Positions 17,286-26,318 of a DNA stretch of 64,000 bases are shown one piece after another. Each line of letters starts with the position of its first letter. The stretch's first letter is position 1. The DNA lies in NCBI GenBank assembly GCA_964591085.1, contig CAZPXH010000006.1:12873-76872 (forward strand), read 5' to 3'. The notes beneath the pieces are model-generated. The model saw only the letters and a list, made by a program, of their open reading frames with translations, had not been told where the DNA came from and ran no database searches. The position numbers and the translations under genes are program-made. This stretch comes from an uncultured Spirochaetaceae bacterium. GTDB lineage: Bacteria; Spirochaetota; Spirochaetia; DSM-27196; CAZPXH01.

Positions 17286-20200
17286 CTATGCGCCGCTGGC
17301 ATTCGCTGTCAACGAAGCGATACGCCCCCGAACTCGGGCAAACACCGGAAGCACCTGAAACTGCCGGCGTGCTTCATCTCCGGGGAGTGCCATCTCCTCG
17401 GCTGCTAAGAGTTCAGCGGCGATTCGTGCGTGCTCCGGGACGGACTCAGCCATCCGAGCGTGGTACAGCAGCAGGTCCCGCCGGGGTAGCAGCACGTTCA
17501 TTCCCACCAGGGTGTCCGCTTCCTCCCGGAAGAATCTGGCATCACCGGCGTTCCCCTGCTCAAGCGCAAGCTCGGACAGGATCACAAGCAGACTCATTAG
17601 CGGGTAATGAGCCGTGTGCCGCAGGCCGAGGGGAAGTGCTTCCATGGCGAGTTGTCCGGCCTTCTCATGATCACCAACCAGGTAGCGCGCCCAGGCCATG
17701 GTACGCAGCGTGTCCAGCGCGCCGAAATCGTTGCCTACCTGGTGCCGATAGAACTCGGCCTGCTGCCAGAGCTCTCCCGCCCTGCGCTCCTGCCCGAGTA
17801 TCCGGCTGGCAGCAGCGGCCATTGCAAAACCCGGAGCCAGGATCTCAGCGCGGACGGGCTCTGCGTGTGTCAGGCGTGTGGCAGACTCAACGGTGAGCGA
17901 GAAGTCGCAGCCCCAGAATGCCGCCATCACCCGGCGGAACTCCACGGCAACGGCGGGGCGTTCGGTGTTGGGATTGCTGTTGCGCGGGAGCACGGAGTCC
18001 GCCTGCTTGATGCAGTCTGCGTACTGCGCACGGGCAAAGCTGATGCTGCAGCGGGTCTCAGTCCGCTCCAACTCAGCTGAGCCCGCGGCAAGGTGTTCCA
18101 TCCGCCGGACAATGCTGTCCGATTCTTCCGTGCGGCCCCGCAGGCACTCGCTGGTTGCCATCAGGCCAAGGAGATTGAGCTCCAGCTGCAGCTCGGTCTG
18201 GATGGCGCGGTAGTAGTGCAGGGCCTTGCGTCCGGTCACCAGGGTCTTCTTGAACGCATAGCTCTGCAGGTTGAAGCCGGTCATCAGGTGATAGGCGCGC
18301 GCGAGGAACGCAGGACTCCGGTGCTCCACTGCAATTGCCAGGAGTCTGCGCAGCACGTCGTCCGCCGGCTCGGTCCGTCCGGCGTTGAACAGAAGCGCGG
18401 CCTTGGTAAACAGCAACTGAAAGCGCAGCTGGACGTCGCTGATGCGCTCCTCCTCCAGGAGTTCATCAATGATTGCGGGGAACTCCGGGTTGACCGTAGC
18501 GGTCCGGGATGCAACGAGCACCTCGGCAGCAGCACGAAAATCCTCCGCGCGGAGCAGGTGCCGGATCAGGCGCATGGTGTTGGGCCGCGCCTGCTGCCGC
18601 ATGCGGTCCGCCACGATCCGGTGGAGAATTCGCTTGTTGTAGTTCAGCAGCGTGCTGTAGACGGCCTGCTTGAACAGATCGTGGCGGAAGGCGTAGACCA
18701 CGCCCCGGCGCTCCAGGATTCCGCTGCCAACAAAGTCACCGAGCGCATCATCCACCAGGTCAGTCGGGCTGCCGGTCTGCTCCTGCATGAAGATGGCATC
18801 CTCTCGGGTGAAGTTGCGGAAGAACACGGCAAGCTTAGTCATCAGCTCTCGCCGAGGGATGGAGAGATGCTCCAGCCGGGCGAGGACGATGTTCTGGATG
18901 CTGCCGGGCATGTCCTCGTCCGCATCTGCCTCCTGCAGATAGGCGAGGTACTCCCGGATGAATAGCGGATTCCCCTGGGCAGCGCGGAGCACCCGCGGAA
19001 CCAGCTCCGGCCGGTCCTCACCGGTCCAGAGGCGTTCCACCAGGGCTCGGGATTCATCCTCAGACAACGGGCCGAGTGTTCGGACTTCCAGGTCGGGAAA
19101 GACCCCGTGAAGACCCGCCTCATCGCTCCGGTCCGCCAGCAGGAAGAACGGCCGGGCGCTGGTGTTGTCAAAGTAGAAGCGGAAGAAGGCCCGGCTCGGC
19201 TGCTCCAGCAGGTGGGCATTGTCCAGAAAGACAATCGGGCTGTACGGAGACTCGGGGCTGGGTGCAACCAGCTGCTCAAACAGGCGGTACAGGACAACCA
19301 CGTCTTCGGTGGTGGCATCGCTCCTGTCTCCGGAGACAATGCTTGCAAATCGCGCAGCGTTCTCCCGGTCAACACCGAGCGCCTCCGCGGCGCGCCTTGC
19401 GGAATCGGAGTCAATCCGGCGTTCCAGCCCCATCGCATCCAGCAACAGGTCAATGACCAGGGCGTAGGGCCTGGTTCGGTAGCGTCGCGCTACCCCGTGG
19501 AGGACCGGCGCGTTGAAGTCGGGAAATCGGCGAATCCGGGACAGCACCTGCCTGACCGTTGCGGTCTTCCCGATTCCGGGCTCGCCTCGCAGCACAAATC
19601 CGCGTGGCTCGGCGGGGTCGTGACGGAGGTACTCCCTGACAATCTCCGCCACCAGCGTCTCGCGCCCGACGAAGGGACCGGACTCGTGCTCAGCATCGGG
19701 AACCGTGTCCTCCACCGGGTAGGCAACCACGGGTTCGTCCACTCCCTTGAGTTCCAGGGTCAGCTCGTCGCCAAAGCGGAACGCAGGCCCAACCCGGTTG
19801 CGGGTTGCGCGGGTGACCAGGATTGCTCCCGGAGACGCGGCGGACTGCACGCGGTTTGCCACGGTCATCGCGTGGCCGGTAACCACGTTGTAGGTACCTC
19901 GCTTGCCGGTAGCAATCAGGCCGGTGTGCACGGCAGTGCGGAACAACAGCTCCTGACGGTCCGGCGAAACGGGAACCTCGTGGCCGAGCAGCTCCGAAAC
20001 CCGGGTCTCAGAAACCCAGCGGTGAAACTCAAGCGCCGATGTCACCGCGTGCTGCGCATCTTCTTCCTGGACTTCCGGAACGCCGAACACCGACACCATC
20101 GCGTCCCCGATGTACTTTTCCACCGTTCCGCCATTACGGGCGACAATGTCGGTGTAGGTGCCAAACACCCGGGACATGAGGCGGTCAGTGTCCTCCGGGT

Positions 20201-20303
20201 CCAGCTGCTCGGATAGCTCGGAGAACCCGACGAGGTCTGAGACAACGATGCTGACGGTCCTGCGCTCGCCGGCCCTGAGGTTGCCGGATGCCCCGTCGGA
20301 CAC
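17286..20303 (-). CDS. Class III adenylate/guanylate cyclase domain fused to a STAND/AAA_16 NTPase and a helical (TPR-like) C-terminal region
   Basis: Cyclase core VSIVVSDLVGFS...GGTVEKYIGDAMVSVFG...TYNVVTGHAMTVANRVQS. Walker A GEPGIGKT and Walker B-like IVFLDNAH. About 550 aa of helical repeats follow. No C-terminal HTH seen. Confidence 0.88.
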   Translation of the reverse strand: MSDGASGNLRAGERRTVSIVVSDLVGFSELSEQLDPEDTDRLMSRVFGTYTDIVARNGGTVEKYIGDAMVSVFGVPEVQEEDAQHAVTSALEFHRWVSETRVSELLGHEVPVSPDRQELLFRTAVHTGLIATGKRGTYNVVTGHAMTVANRVQSAASPGAILVTRATRNRVGPAFRFGDELTLELKGVDEPVVAYPVEDTVPDAEHESGPFVGRETLVAEIVREYLRHDPAEPRGFVLRGEPGIGKTATVRQVLSRIRRFPDFNAPVLHGVARRYRTRPYALVIDLLLDAMGLERRIDSDSARRAAEALGVDRENAARFASIVSGDRSDATTEDVVVLYRLFEQLVAPSPESPYSPIVFLDNAHLLEQPSRAFFRFYFDNTSARPFFLLADRSDEAGLHGVFPDLEVRTLGPLSEDESRALVERLWTGEDRPELVPRVLRAAQGNPLFIREYLAYLQEADADEDMPGSIQNIVLARLEHLSIPRRELMTKLAVFFRNFTREDAIFMQEQTGSPTDLVDDALGDFVGSGILERRGVVYAFRHDLFKQAVYSTLLNYNKRILHRIVADRMRQQARPNTMRLIRHLLRAEDFRAAAEVLVASRTATVNPEFPAIIDELLEEERISDVQLRFQLLFTKAALLFNAGRTEPADDVLRRLLAIAVEHRSPAFLARAYHLMTGFNLQSYAFKKTLVTGRKALHYYRAIQTELQLELNLLGLMATSECLRGRTEESDSIVRRMEHLAAGSAELERTETRCSISFARAQYADCIKQADSVLPRNSNPNTERPAVAVEFRRVMAAFWGCDFSLTVESATRLTHAEPVRAEILAPGFAMAAAASRILGQERRAGELWQQAEFYRHQVGNDFGALDTLRTMAWARYLVGDHEKAGQLAMEALPLGLRHTAHYPLMSLLVILSELALEQGNAGDARFFREEADTLVGMNVLLPRRDLLLYHARMAESVPEHARIAAELLAAEEMALPGDEARRQFQVLPVFARVRGRIASLTANASGA

Positions 20304-20306
20304 CTG

Positions 20307-20897
20307 TTATCCTTTCGAGATCAGCGATTCCAGCTGGGGACGCAGTTGCTCCAGGACCCCGCCGTACTGCTGCTCAATCTGGCCCATGTAGTGATTCAGC
20401 GCCTGCGCGAACTCCGGATCACTGGACGGATCCAGGCGCACGCGCTGGCCGGTCTGGGCGTAGACCTGCTCCTCCCGCTGGCGGATCCGTGGCTCAAACT
20501 GCTCCCGGAGCTGCTCAACCAGGCGCTGACGTTCCTTGAGCCATCCATCGTAGAGCTGCTGCAGCTGCTCAAACACTATCCGTGCAGTTTCGGCGTCGCC
20601 GGTGACCGTGCCAAACACGCGCTGCAGATCCGGCAGTCTGCCGGCGGCCAGGCGATCCACCGGGAGTGCTATGTTTCGCATGAAGGCCTCTGCCAGGCCG
20701 TCTCGGACCGCGGCTCGATCTCCAGCTGGAACCTTCTGAAGTTCCTGCTTGAGGTCAAGGGACGGGTCTTCCATGCCGCGGGACAGGAGTCGCATCCCCT
20801 GCTCTGACAGCTCCCGCCGCCGCAAGCCTTCCCGGTCAACTTCCACGTCCCTGGTCTTTTCCAGCGCAAGCTCAAGCGCGCTCTTGATCAGTGCCAT
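20307..20897 (-). CDS. Hypothetical helical protein
   Basis: 196-aa ORF, charged and helical (MALIKSALELALEKTRD...). Coding-like composition. Its stop is 3 nt from the cyclase start. Confidence 0.55.
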   Translation of the reverse strand: MALIKSALELALEKTRDVEVDREGLRRRELSEQGMRLLSRGMEDPSLDLKQELQKVPAGDRAAVRDGLAEAFMRNIALPVDRLAAGRLPDLQRVFGTVTGDAETARIVFEQLQQLYDGWLKERQRLVEQLREQFEPRIRQREEQVYAQTGQRVRLDPSSDPEFAQALNHYMGQIEQQYGGVLEQLRPQLESLISKG

Positions 20898-20930
20898 ATT
20901 CTCCCTCTGCCTGTTGGTGCAATCTCTACT

Positions 20931-21533
20931 TCAGTCACAGACCAATACCTGATCCACCGGCCAATCGTCATCAGTGAGCGGCAGTTCGTCCAGCACCTGG
21001 AAACGGTAGACCGGAGCAATGCTGCGCCCGCGCCCGGCAACACTGCAAAGAAAGCGGTCGTAGTAGCCGCCGCCGCGCCCCAGTCTGCCACCGCCCGGCG
21101 TCACGGCAACGGAGGGCACAATGATGAGCACTGGGCCGGATCCATCCCACGCTGCGGCATCCGACCGCGGGGCGGGAATTCCGACGCGGTCCCTGCTCAA
21201 CCCCGTGGCGTCCTGCGGACAACGCCGAAACTCCATCCCCATTTCAGTGACTGCGGGCAGAAACACGGGGATTCCCCATTGATGTGCCTCGTCCAGGAAG
21301 AGTTCCGGGTTCACCTCTCCGTCGGTAGATGCATAGGCCAGTACCGCCCGGTACTCGTGCCCAAGGAGATCCGGTGCTGCCGCTGCAAGGCTTGCCGCAG
21401 CGCGGGCGCGGATTGACGGGTGAAGGCGTCGGCGCTGGCTCCGAAGGGCCTGTCGGATGCTTGCGGCGTTGTCCCTTGTGTCTTGCCTGGTGCCTCCCAT
21501 GGAGTCCTCCCGTGAGTCACTGCGTCCGCTCAT
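20931..21533 (-). CDS. 5-formyltetrahydrofolate cyclo-ligase family protein
   Basis: GRGGGYYDRFL motif and IRQALRSQRRRL N-terminal pattern. 4-nt overlap with the upstream VWA gene. Confidence 0.78.
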   Translation of the reverse strand: MSGRSDSREDSMGGTRQDTRDNAASIRQALRSQRRRLHPSIRARAAASLAAAAPDLLGHEYRAVLAYASTDGEVNPELFLDEAHQWGIPVFLPAVTEMGMEFRRCPQDATGLSRDRVGIPAPRSDAAAWDGSGPVLIIVPSVAVTPGGGRLGRGGGYYDRFLCSVAGRGRSIAPVYRFQVLDELPLTDDDWPVDQVLVCD

Positions 21534-24500
21534 TGAATGGCCATTCCCAGATCATGGATAAGCCGTGGCAGCAGGTCCGGCAGCTGGGCCGCGGAACGGC
21601 ACCGAATTGCGCTGCTTGCTTCCTTCCGGAAGCTCTCAAAGTAGGACTCCGCCGCAGGGTCCACGTTGATGTAGATCAAACGGATTCCGGCCATCCGGCA
21701 TTCCCGCATTGCCATCAGGGTATCCTCCACGGCGGGTGTGCCATCGTAGTTCGGCGCGTTGGGCATACCGTCGGAGATCAGAAGGAAGTACTGGACTTCG
21801 GCCGGTTTCTGGCTGAGGCGGTCGGTGACCCATCGAATGAAGTCTCCGTCCCGGTTGGCGTTATCCGCCACAAGGGCGCTGATGCTCTTTGCGGTCTGCG
21901 GCAGGTAGATGTTGGTGGAGGTAATGCTGTTGAACCCGTAGATCTGAACCGGAACTCCCAGATACCCGAAGGCGTCTGCAAACAGCATGGCGAAGTGCTT
22001 TTCCATGTCCAGCACGCTAACGGGACCGTCCTGCTCCGGGATGAGCGCCGACGTGCTTCCGGACACGTCCAGCCCGATAACCAGGCGGGCGTCCTTTCGT
22101 TCTTCTCCGGGGTGGAGCAGAACATCCTGGGATCTGTCTCCCTGGAAGTCCGCAAGAACCTCAAGCAGGACGTCCATGTCCCACTCGTCGCCAATGCTTG
22201 AACGATCAAGCTCAGATTCATCCCGGTACAAAAGGTTGTGGATAAGGCCACGCAAGCGCTGGGAGACTCCGGCGTAGACTTGGTGGCGCGAGAGGAAATC
22301 CGGGTCCACGGCGTTTATGGCAAACTCGCGGACCTCACTGATCTTCAGTCGGCGCCGTGTCGCGGGATCCCAGGAGTGAACGTTCACCACACCCGGTTCC
22401 TTCGCTGACTGACCACCGGGGTCCGGTGCGGGTTCGGAATGACTCTGCTCCGCTTCCACGCTGGCAAGGACGCTGTCCAGTTCCGGGCTGCGGGTGCGCA
22501 TCTCGGAGAGCTGTTTCTGCCGGTGTCCGGAGTGATAGTCGGCGGCGGTATGGTTCATGTCGTCCCGGATGTTTGCGGCATCCTCGCCTGACTCGGACCT
22601 GGACGAGAGAAGCTCGGTCTCCGATGTCTGGAATCGCTCCGGAAAGGCGTTGGCCTCCCGGTAGAGGTCAGCAAGGTCTTGTTCCGAGCGGACGGTCCTG
22701 CCACAGCGGGCCTCCGGTCGGCCGACGGTCCCACCGTTGGGTATCCGAGGAAGCCTGGGCATTTCAGAACTCCGGGATCCCGGTCGGTCGCTGGCAGTCC
22801 GCTCCTGGGGCGAGAGGGAGGCAAGGTCAGGCAGTCTCCCGCCGGATCCGCCCGCGAGGGGCAGGAGGAGGTGGTAGAGATCAGTGGCGATTCCCATGGC
22901 TGCAGCGGGATTTTTGGTTGGCATCATCCGAATTCGCTGCAGCGAGCGCGCCAGTGCATCCCCGAGGTGCATGACCTGGTCAGAGCGCTGCAGCGGGATG
23001 TCCATGAAGGTGGAGACTGCCTGGGTCCAGGGTGCGTCCGAGCGCATGCGCTGACCACCGGTGTATAGCTGGTCCCAAATCCAACCCACGCTGGCATCAA
23101 TGAGGTTGGATGCCTGGCTCTCGTCCAGGAACCACTGGTGCGCAGCTTCCATCAGCGCAGCAATTTGTCCGTGCACCTGCTGCTCCTCTAGCCAGCGCTC
23201 AATCCGCACGTCTTCCACCACGTTGTAGAGGAAGTGGTACAGCCCGGGAGCCCGCGAAGCGGAGATCAGTGGCCAGAAGTTGACCGTGAAACTCCCGGCC
23301 AGCAGATGTCCGGCCTCATGGAGTGCCAGGAACACGTACATCGTGAGGTTTCGGTTGCCTTCCAGTACCTCCGGATCGTCCCGGAAGAATGAGATGCTGG
23401 ACGGCAGATAGATCGCCGTTCCTTCCGTCTTTGCCCAGTCCGAGGAGTACACCGGAACGGTCCCAACAAGCGGGAGAAGGGCCTCCATGACATAGGGCCG
23501 CGCATCCCGGAAGTGAATGGCCCACGGAGCACGGGCATCAGCCTCTTCACCGATTCGGCTTCGGTTGCGTTCCCATGTCCGCTGCAGGTGCTCGGCGTAG
23601 GCCTCGAGGTCGGCGGGGTCCAGTACTGACAACGCAGCAAACACCTCATCCACAATCGCCGCGGACTCCGCGATAGTCCGCAGAACTGCAAGGTGGTACT
23701 CCCCTCCAGCAAAGCGGCTGGTCCACCGCCCCCAGAGCCGGTCCCAGATCCAGGTCGTGGCTCTGGAAATGGCCACACTATCGTCCTGCACAAGTCTTCC
23801 AGACCTGTCGCGAACGATCGGGCCGACACGGATGCCGCCGCCGTCCATCTCCGCAAGCTGGTCAACCTTTCGCTTCAGCGCGGAGTGCCCGGAGCGACTG
23901 TTCGTCTCTCCCGCGCGCTGGAACAGCACAATCAGGTCCCTGTAGATTGCGGTCTGGAGGTACTCCCGCATCGCCTGGCTCTGGTCATGAATGAGCAGGT
24001 CCCGGCGGAAACGAGCGAGACGGGAAAGCCGGGATATCGGCAGGGCCGGATCCGTGAGAATGGTAAGGATGCTGGAGCGGACCTGATTGCCCGCAAAAGC
24101 CCTCGGCACGTCCCCGGTCTTGCAGGCAACACCTTCCTCCGCGATCAGGGCGAACAAGCCCTCGTCATCCGCCATTCGGGAAAGCGCCCTGCGCGTGCGT
24201 GGTTGCAGGAAGAAATCAATGACCGCCGGCAGGTGTGCCGGGGACACCGAGAGTGCGGTTGCAGCGAGAGACCGGGACTGTTCATCCGGCTGTGAGGCCC
24301 AGACTTCACAGAAGGTGTTGAGCGTGTCCGGTGTGAAGTTCAGGTCACGCAGCACCAGGTCTATTGCGCCGGCAAGCACTCGGCTGAGGCTGGTCAACGC
24401 CTGCCGCCAGGCCGGGCTCGAAAGCATCCGCAAAACCTGCCGAACCCGCGGACGGGAGGCCTCTCCTCGTACGGCTGCAATCGCAGCCTCAAGGAGGAGG

Positions 24501-25120
24501 GTCCGCAAGGTGCTTGAGGTCTCCACCACCGGAGGCAAGCCCGGCTCTTCAGAGAGCAGGTCAATGAACCGCCGGACCTCGTAGATCTCTGCAGTCCGGC
24601 AGGCGTCAGCAATGAACTGGACCGTTGCCGCACGGGTACGCTTTGCCCTCGCGGGGAGCCGCTGCAACAGCTGCCGGAAGGCCGGAAGTCCGACGACCCG
24701 CACAAACTGCTCGGCCGCCTGCGTACTTTGGACCGCAAGACCCATGGCAATGCGATCCGAGTCTCGAGCGGCCTGCTCATCCCCGAAGCGGCCGCGCCCG
24801 AGCTCCAGCACCGCGCGGTAGGCCGCACTGCCGGAAAAGCGTACGAGCCAGTCCCGGAGGGGGTCCTGCTCCGGCAGCGAGAGCAGAACCAACAGCAGGC
24901 GGCCGAGATGCTCGACGCCCAGCCCGCTCCGCCGCAGGCAACGATGCGCGTGGTCTCGCAACGCAGGGTGCCGGAGGAGAGATCTCAGTCGGTCGGCGCG
25001 TTGCGGCTCATCCGGCGTGGCCACCTTCCCCGCCAGCTGCTCTGCCTGCAGACGGTCTACCTGCAGCTCAGCCTGCAGGATCTCAGCGCACGCGGAAATC
25101 GGCCCGGAGCGGTCAGGCAC
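21530..25120 (-). CDS. Very large VWA-domain protein (NorD/CbbO-like core with a long N-terminal helical extension)
   Basis: C-terminal VWA with MIDAS DVSGS (nt 22055-22069) and ...LLISDGMPN. Central LALHEAGH (HEAGH at nt 23306-23320) plus VVEDVRIERW, resembling the NorD/CbbO core. About 550 N-terminal residues of Leu/Arg/Ala-rich helical repeats. Confidence 0.8.
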   Translation of the reverse strand: MPDRSGPISACAEILQAELQVDRLQAEQLAGKVATPDEPQRADRLRSLLRHPALRDHAHRCLRRSGLGVEHLGRLLLVLLSLPEQDPLRDWLVRFSGSAAYRAVLELGRGRFGDEQAARDSDRIAMGLAVQSTQAAEQFVRVVGLPAFRQLLQRLPARAKRTRAATVQFIADACRTAEIYEVRRFIDLLSEEPGLPPVVETSSTLRTLLLEAAIAAVRGEASRPRVRQVLRMLSSPAWRQALTSLSRVLAGAIDLVLRDLNFTPDTLNTFCEVWASQPDEQSRSLAATALSVSPAHLPAVIDFFLQPRTRRALSRMADDEGLFALIAEEGVACKTGDVPRAFAGNQVRSSILTILTDPALPISRLSRLARFRRDLLIHDQSQAMREYLQTAIYRDLIVLFQRAGETNSRSGHSALKRKVDQLAEMDGGGIRVGPIVRDRSGRLVQDDSVAISRATTWIWDRLWGRWTSRFAGGEYHLAVLRTIAESAAIVDEVFAALSVLDPADLEAYAEHLQRTWERNRSRIGEEADARAPWAIHFRDARPYVMEALLPLVGTVPVYSSDWAKTEGTAIYLPSSISFFRDDPEVLEGNRNLTMYVFLALHEAGHLLAGSFTVNFWPLISASRAPGLYHFLYNVVEDVRIERWLEEQQVHGQIAALMEAAHQWFLDESQASNLIDASVGWIWDQLYTGGQRMRSDAPWTQAVSTFMDIPLQRSDQVMHLGDALARSLQRIRMMPTKNPAAAMGIATDLYHLLLPLAGGSGGRLPDLASLSPQERTASDRPGSRSSEMPRLPRIPNGGTVGRPEARCGRTVRSEQDLADLYREANAFPERFQTSETELLSSRSESGEDAANIRDDMNHTAADYHSGHRQKQLSEMRTRSPELDSVLASVEAEQSHSEPAPDPGGQSAKEPGVVNVHSWDPATRRRLKISEVREFAINAVDPDFLSRHQVYAGVSQRLRGLIHNLLYRDESELDRSSIGDEWDMDVLLEVLADFQGDRSQDVLLHPGEERKDARLVIGLDVSGSTSALIPEQDGPVSVLDMEKHFAMLFADAFGYLGVPVQIYGFNSITSTNIYLPQTAKSISALVADNANRDGDFIRWVTDRLSQKPAEVQYFLLISDGMPNAPNYDGTPAVEDTLMAMRECRMAGIRLIYINVDPAAESYFESFRKEASSAIRCRSAAQLPDLLPRLIHDLGMAIQ

Positions 25121-26318
25121 GCTTGGGTACCGAGAAGTCCGTGTTCAGGCGGGTTGCTCCGGTGAACAGCCCCAGAGCCCGCGCGAGAGTTGAGACCAGC
25201 GCCAGGCTGGTCATACTTGTCATCTTCCGGTCCCGGTAGTGGCCGTAGCAGGTCTGGTCAACAACCAGGCGGGTGGCTATGGACTGTGCCAGGGCGCCCA
25301 CCATGCCATGCTCCCGGAGATAGTCGTGCACCACAAGGGCTGCTGAGACGATCCGAACCCCCGAGCGGTGGACGCTGAGCAGCTGGGCATCCTCCTGCCT
25401 GTGCAGTTCCGAGAGGCCAAGCTCCTGGATCAGTGGTGAGGTGCCGTTCTCAGAGAGTTCCTCCACAATTGTGACCAGGCGGGAGAGCTGCTGTCCAAGC
25501 TCGGCGGTGGAGAGGACTCGAGCTGTGGCCATCTCCTGCAGTCTCGCGCCCCGGTTCTCTGGATCGTGGACGCGATAGACCCAGGCCGGAGCGTGGGAAT
25601 CCGCTGGCGTGTTGGCAAGGCTGTCATACCACCGGGTACCGGCACCATCACGGCGGAGGTCAAGGAATCTCCCGTCATCGGCGATGGCCCGCGTTCCCAG
25701 GCTCAGAGCGGCATCCCGCGGGGAAGGGAGCTCTTCGTTTCGCAGGCGGGCGGATCGCTGCTGACTCACAAAGCCCAGGAAGCGAGCGTCCCAGGCGCGG
25801 AAGTTCAGGTGGACAAATCGGTCAGCAACCGATTCCTCCAGGTCCCGGGAGGTGATTGACCGGGACGGATTATAGGAAATCGTTGTCCAGAACCCCTCGG
25901 TGGCCTGGACGATTACCCCGTCAATTCGGTCTATGCTGCGTCGGTCGTCAATGGCGGAGTTCAGCCGCTTCTGCACATCCTCTTTCAGCAGGTTGAACTC
26001 GTCCGCGTAGAAGATTCCTCCGGCTTCCATTGCCTGAACCAGGGGCCCATTGCGATACACCGTGACAGTTGCTTCGCCGTCCCGCTCCAGCGCGGGATAG
26101 CTGATGATCTGGCTCTCCCCGGTACGCGCCGAGCACGTCTTTGCAAACAGGGGTGCGGCCAGAATCCTTGCCACCTGTCGCACACACTCTGTCTTGCCGG
26201 TACCGGGCGGCCCACTAAGGGCGGCGTGCAGCCCGTACTGGCGGCAGATCAGGAGAAGCTGGAGCTCGTCCAGGCCTTCCGGGTACAGCTGATTGGCAAT
26301 GTAGCTGATCCGCTTCAT
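25113..26318 (-). CDS. MoxR/CbbQ/NorQ-like AAA+ ATPase (AAA_5) with a C-terminal extension
   Basis: Walker A GPPGTGKT and Walker B IFYADEFN. About 200 extra C-terminal residues. 8-nt overlap with the VWA gene. Confidence 0.85.
   Translation of the reverse strand: MKRISYIANQLYPEGLDELQLLLICRQYGLHAALSGPPGTGKTECVRQVARILAAPLFAKTCSARTGESQIISYPALERDGEATVTVYRNGPLVQAMEAGGIFYADEFNLLKEDVQKRLNSAIDDRRSIDRIDGVIVQATEGFWTTISYNPSRSITSRDLEESVADRFVHLNFRAWDARFLGFVSQQRSARLRNEELPSPRDAALSLGTRAIADDGRFLDLRRDGAGTRWYDSLANTPADSHAPAWVYRVHDPENRGARLQEMATARVLSTAELGQQLSRLVTIVEELSENGTSPLIQELGLSELHRQEDAQLLSVHRSGVRIVSAALVVHDYLREHGMVGALAQSIATRLVVDQTCYGHYRDRKMTSMTSLALVSTLARALGLFTGATRLNTDFSVPKRA

Noticed and set aside
23306-23320. 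HEAGH in the VWA protein read as evidence for a zinc metalloprotease
   Set aside because: It is kept as an observation only. The surrounding region resembles the NorD/CbbO core, where His-containing motifs occur without protease activity. I cannot identify a third ligand or a Met-turn by eye, so I do not call a protease.
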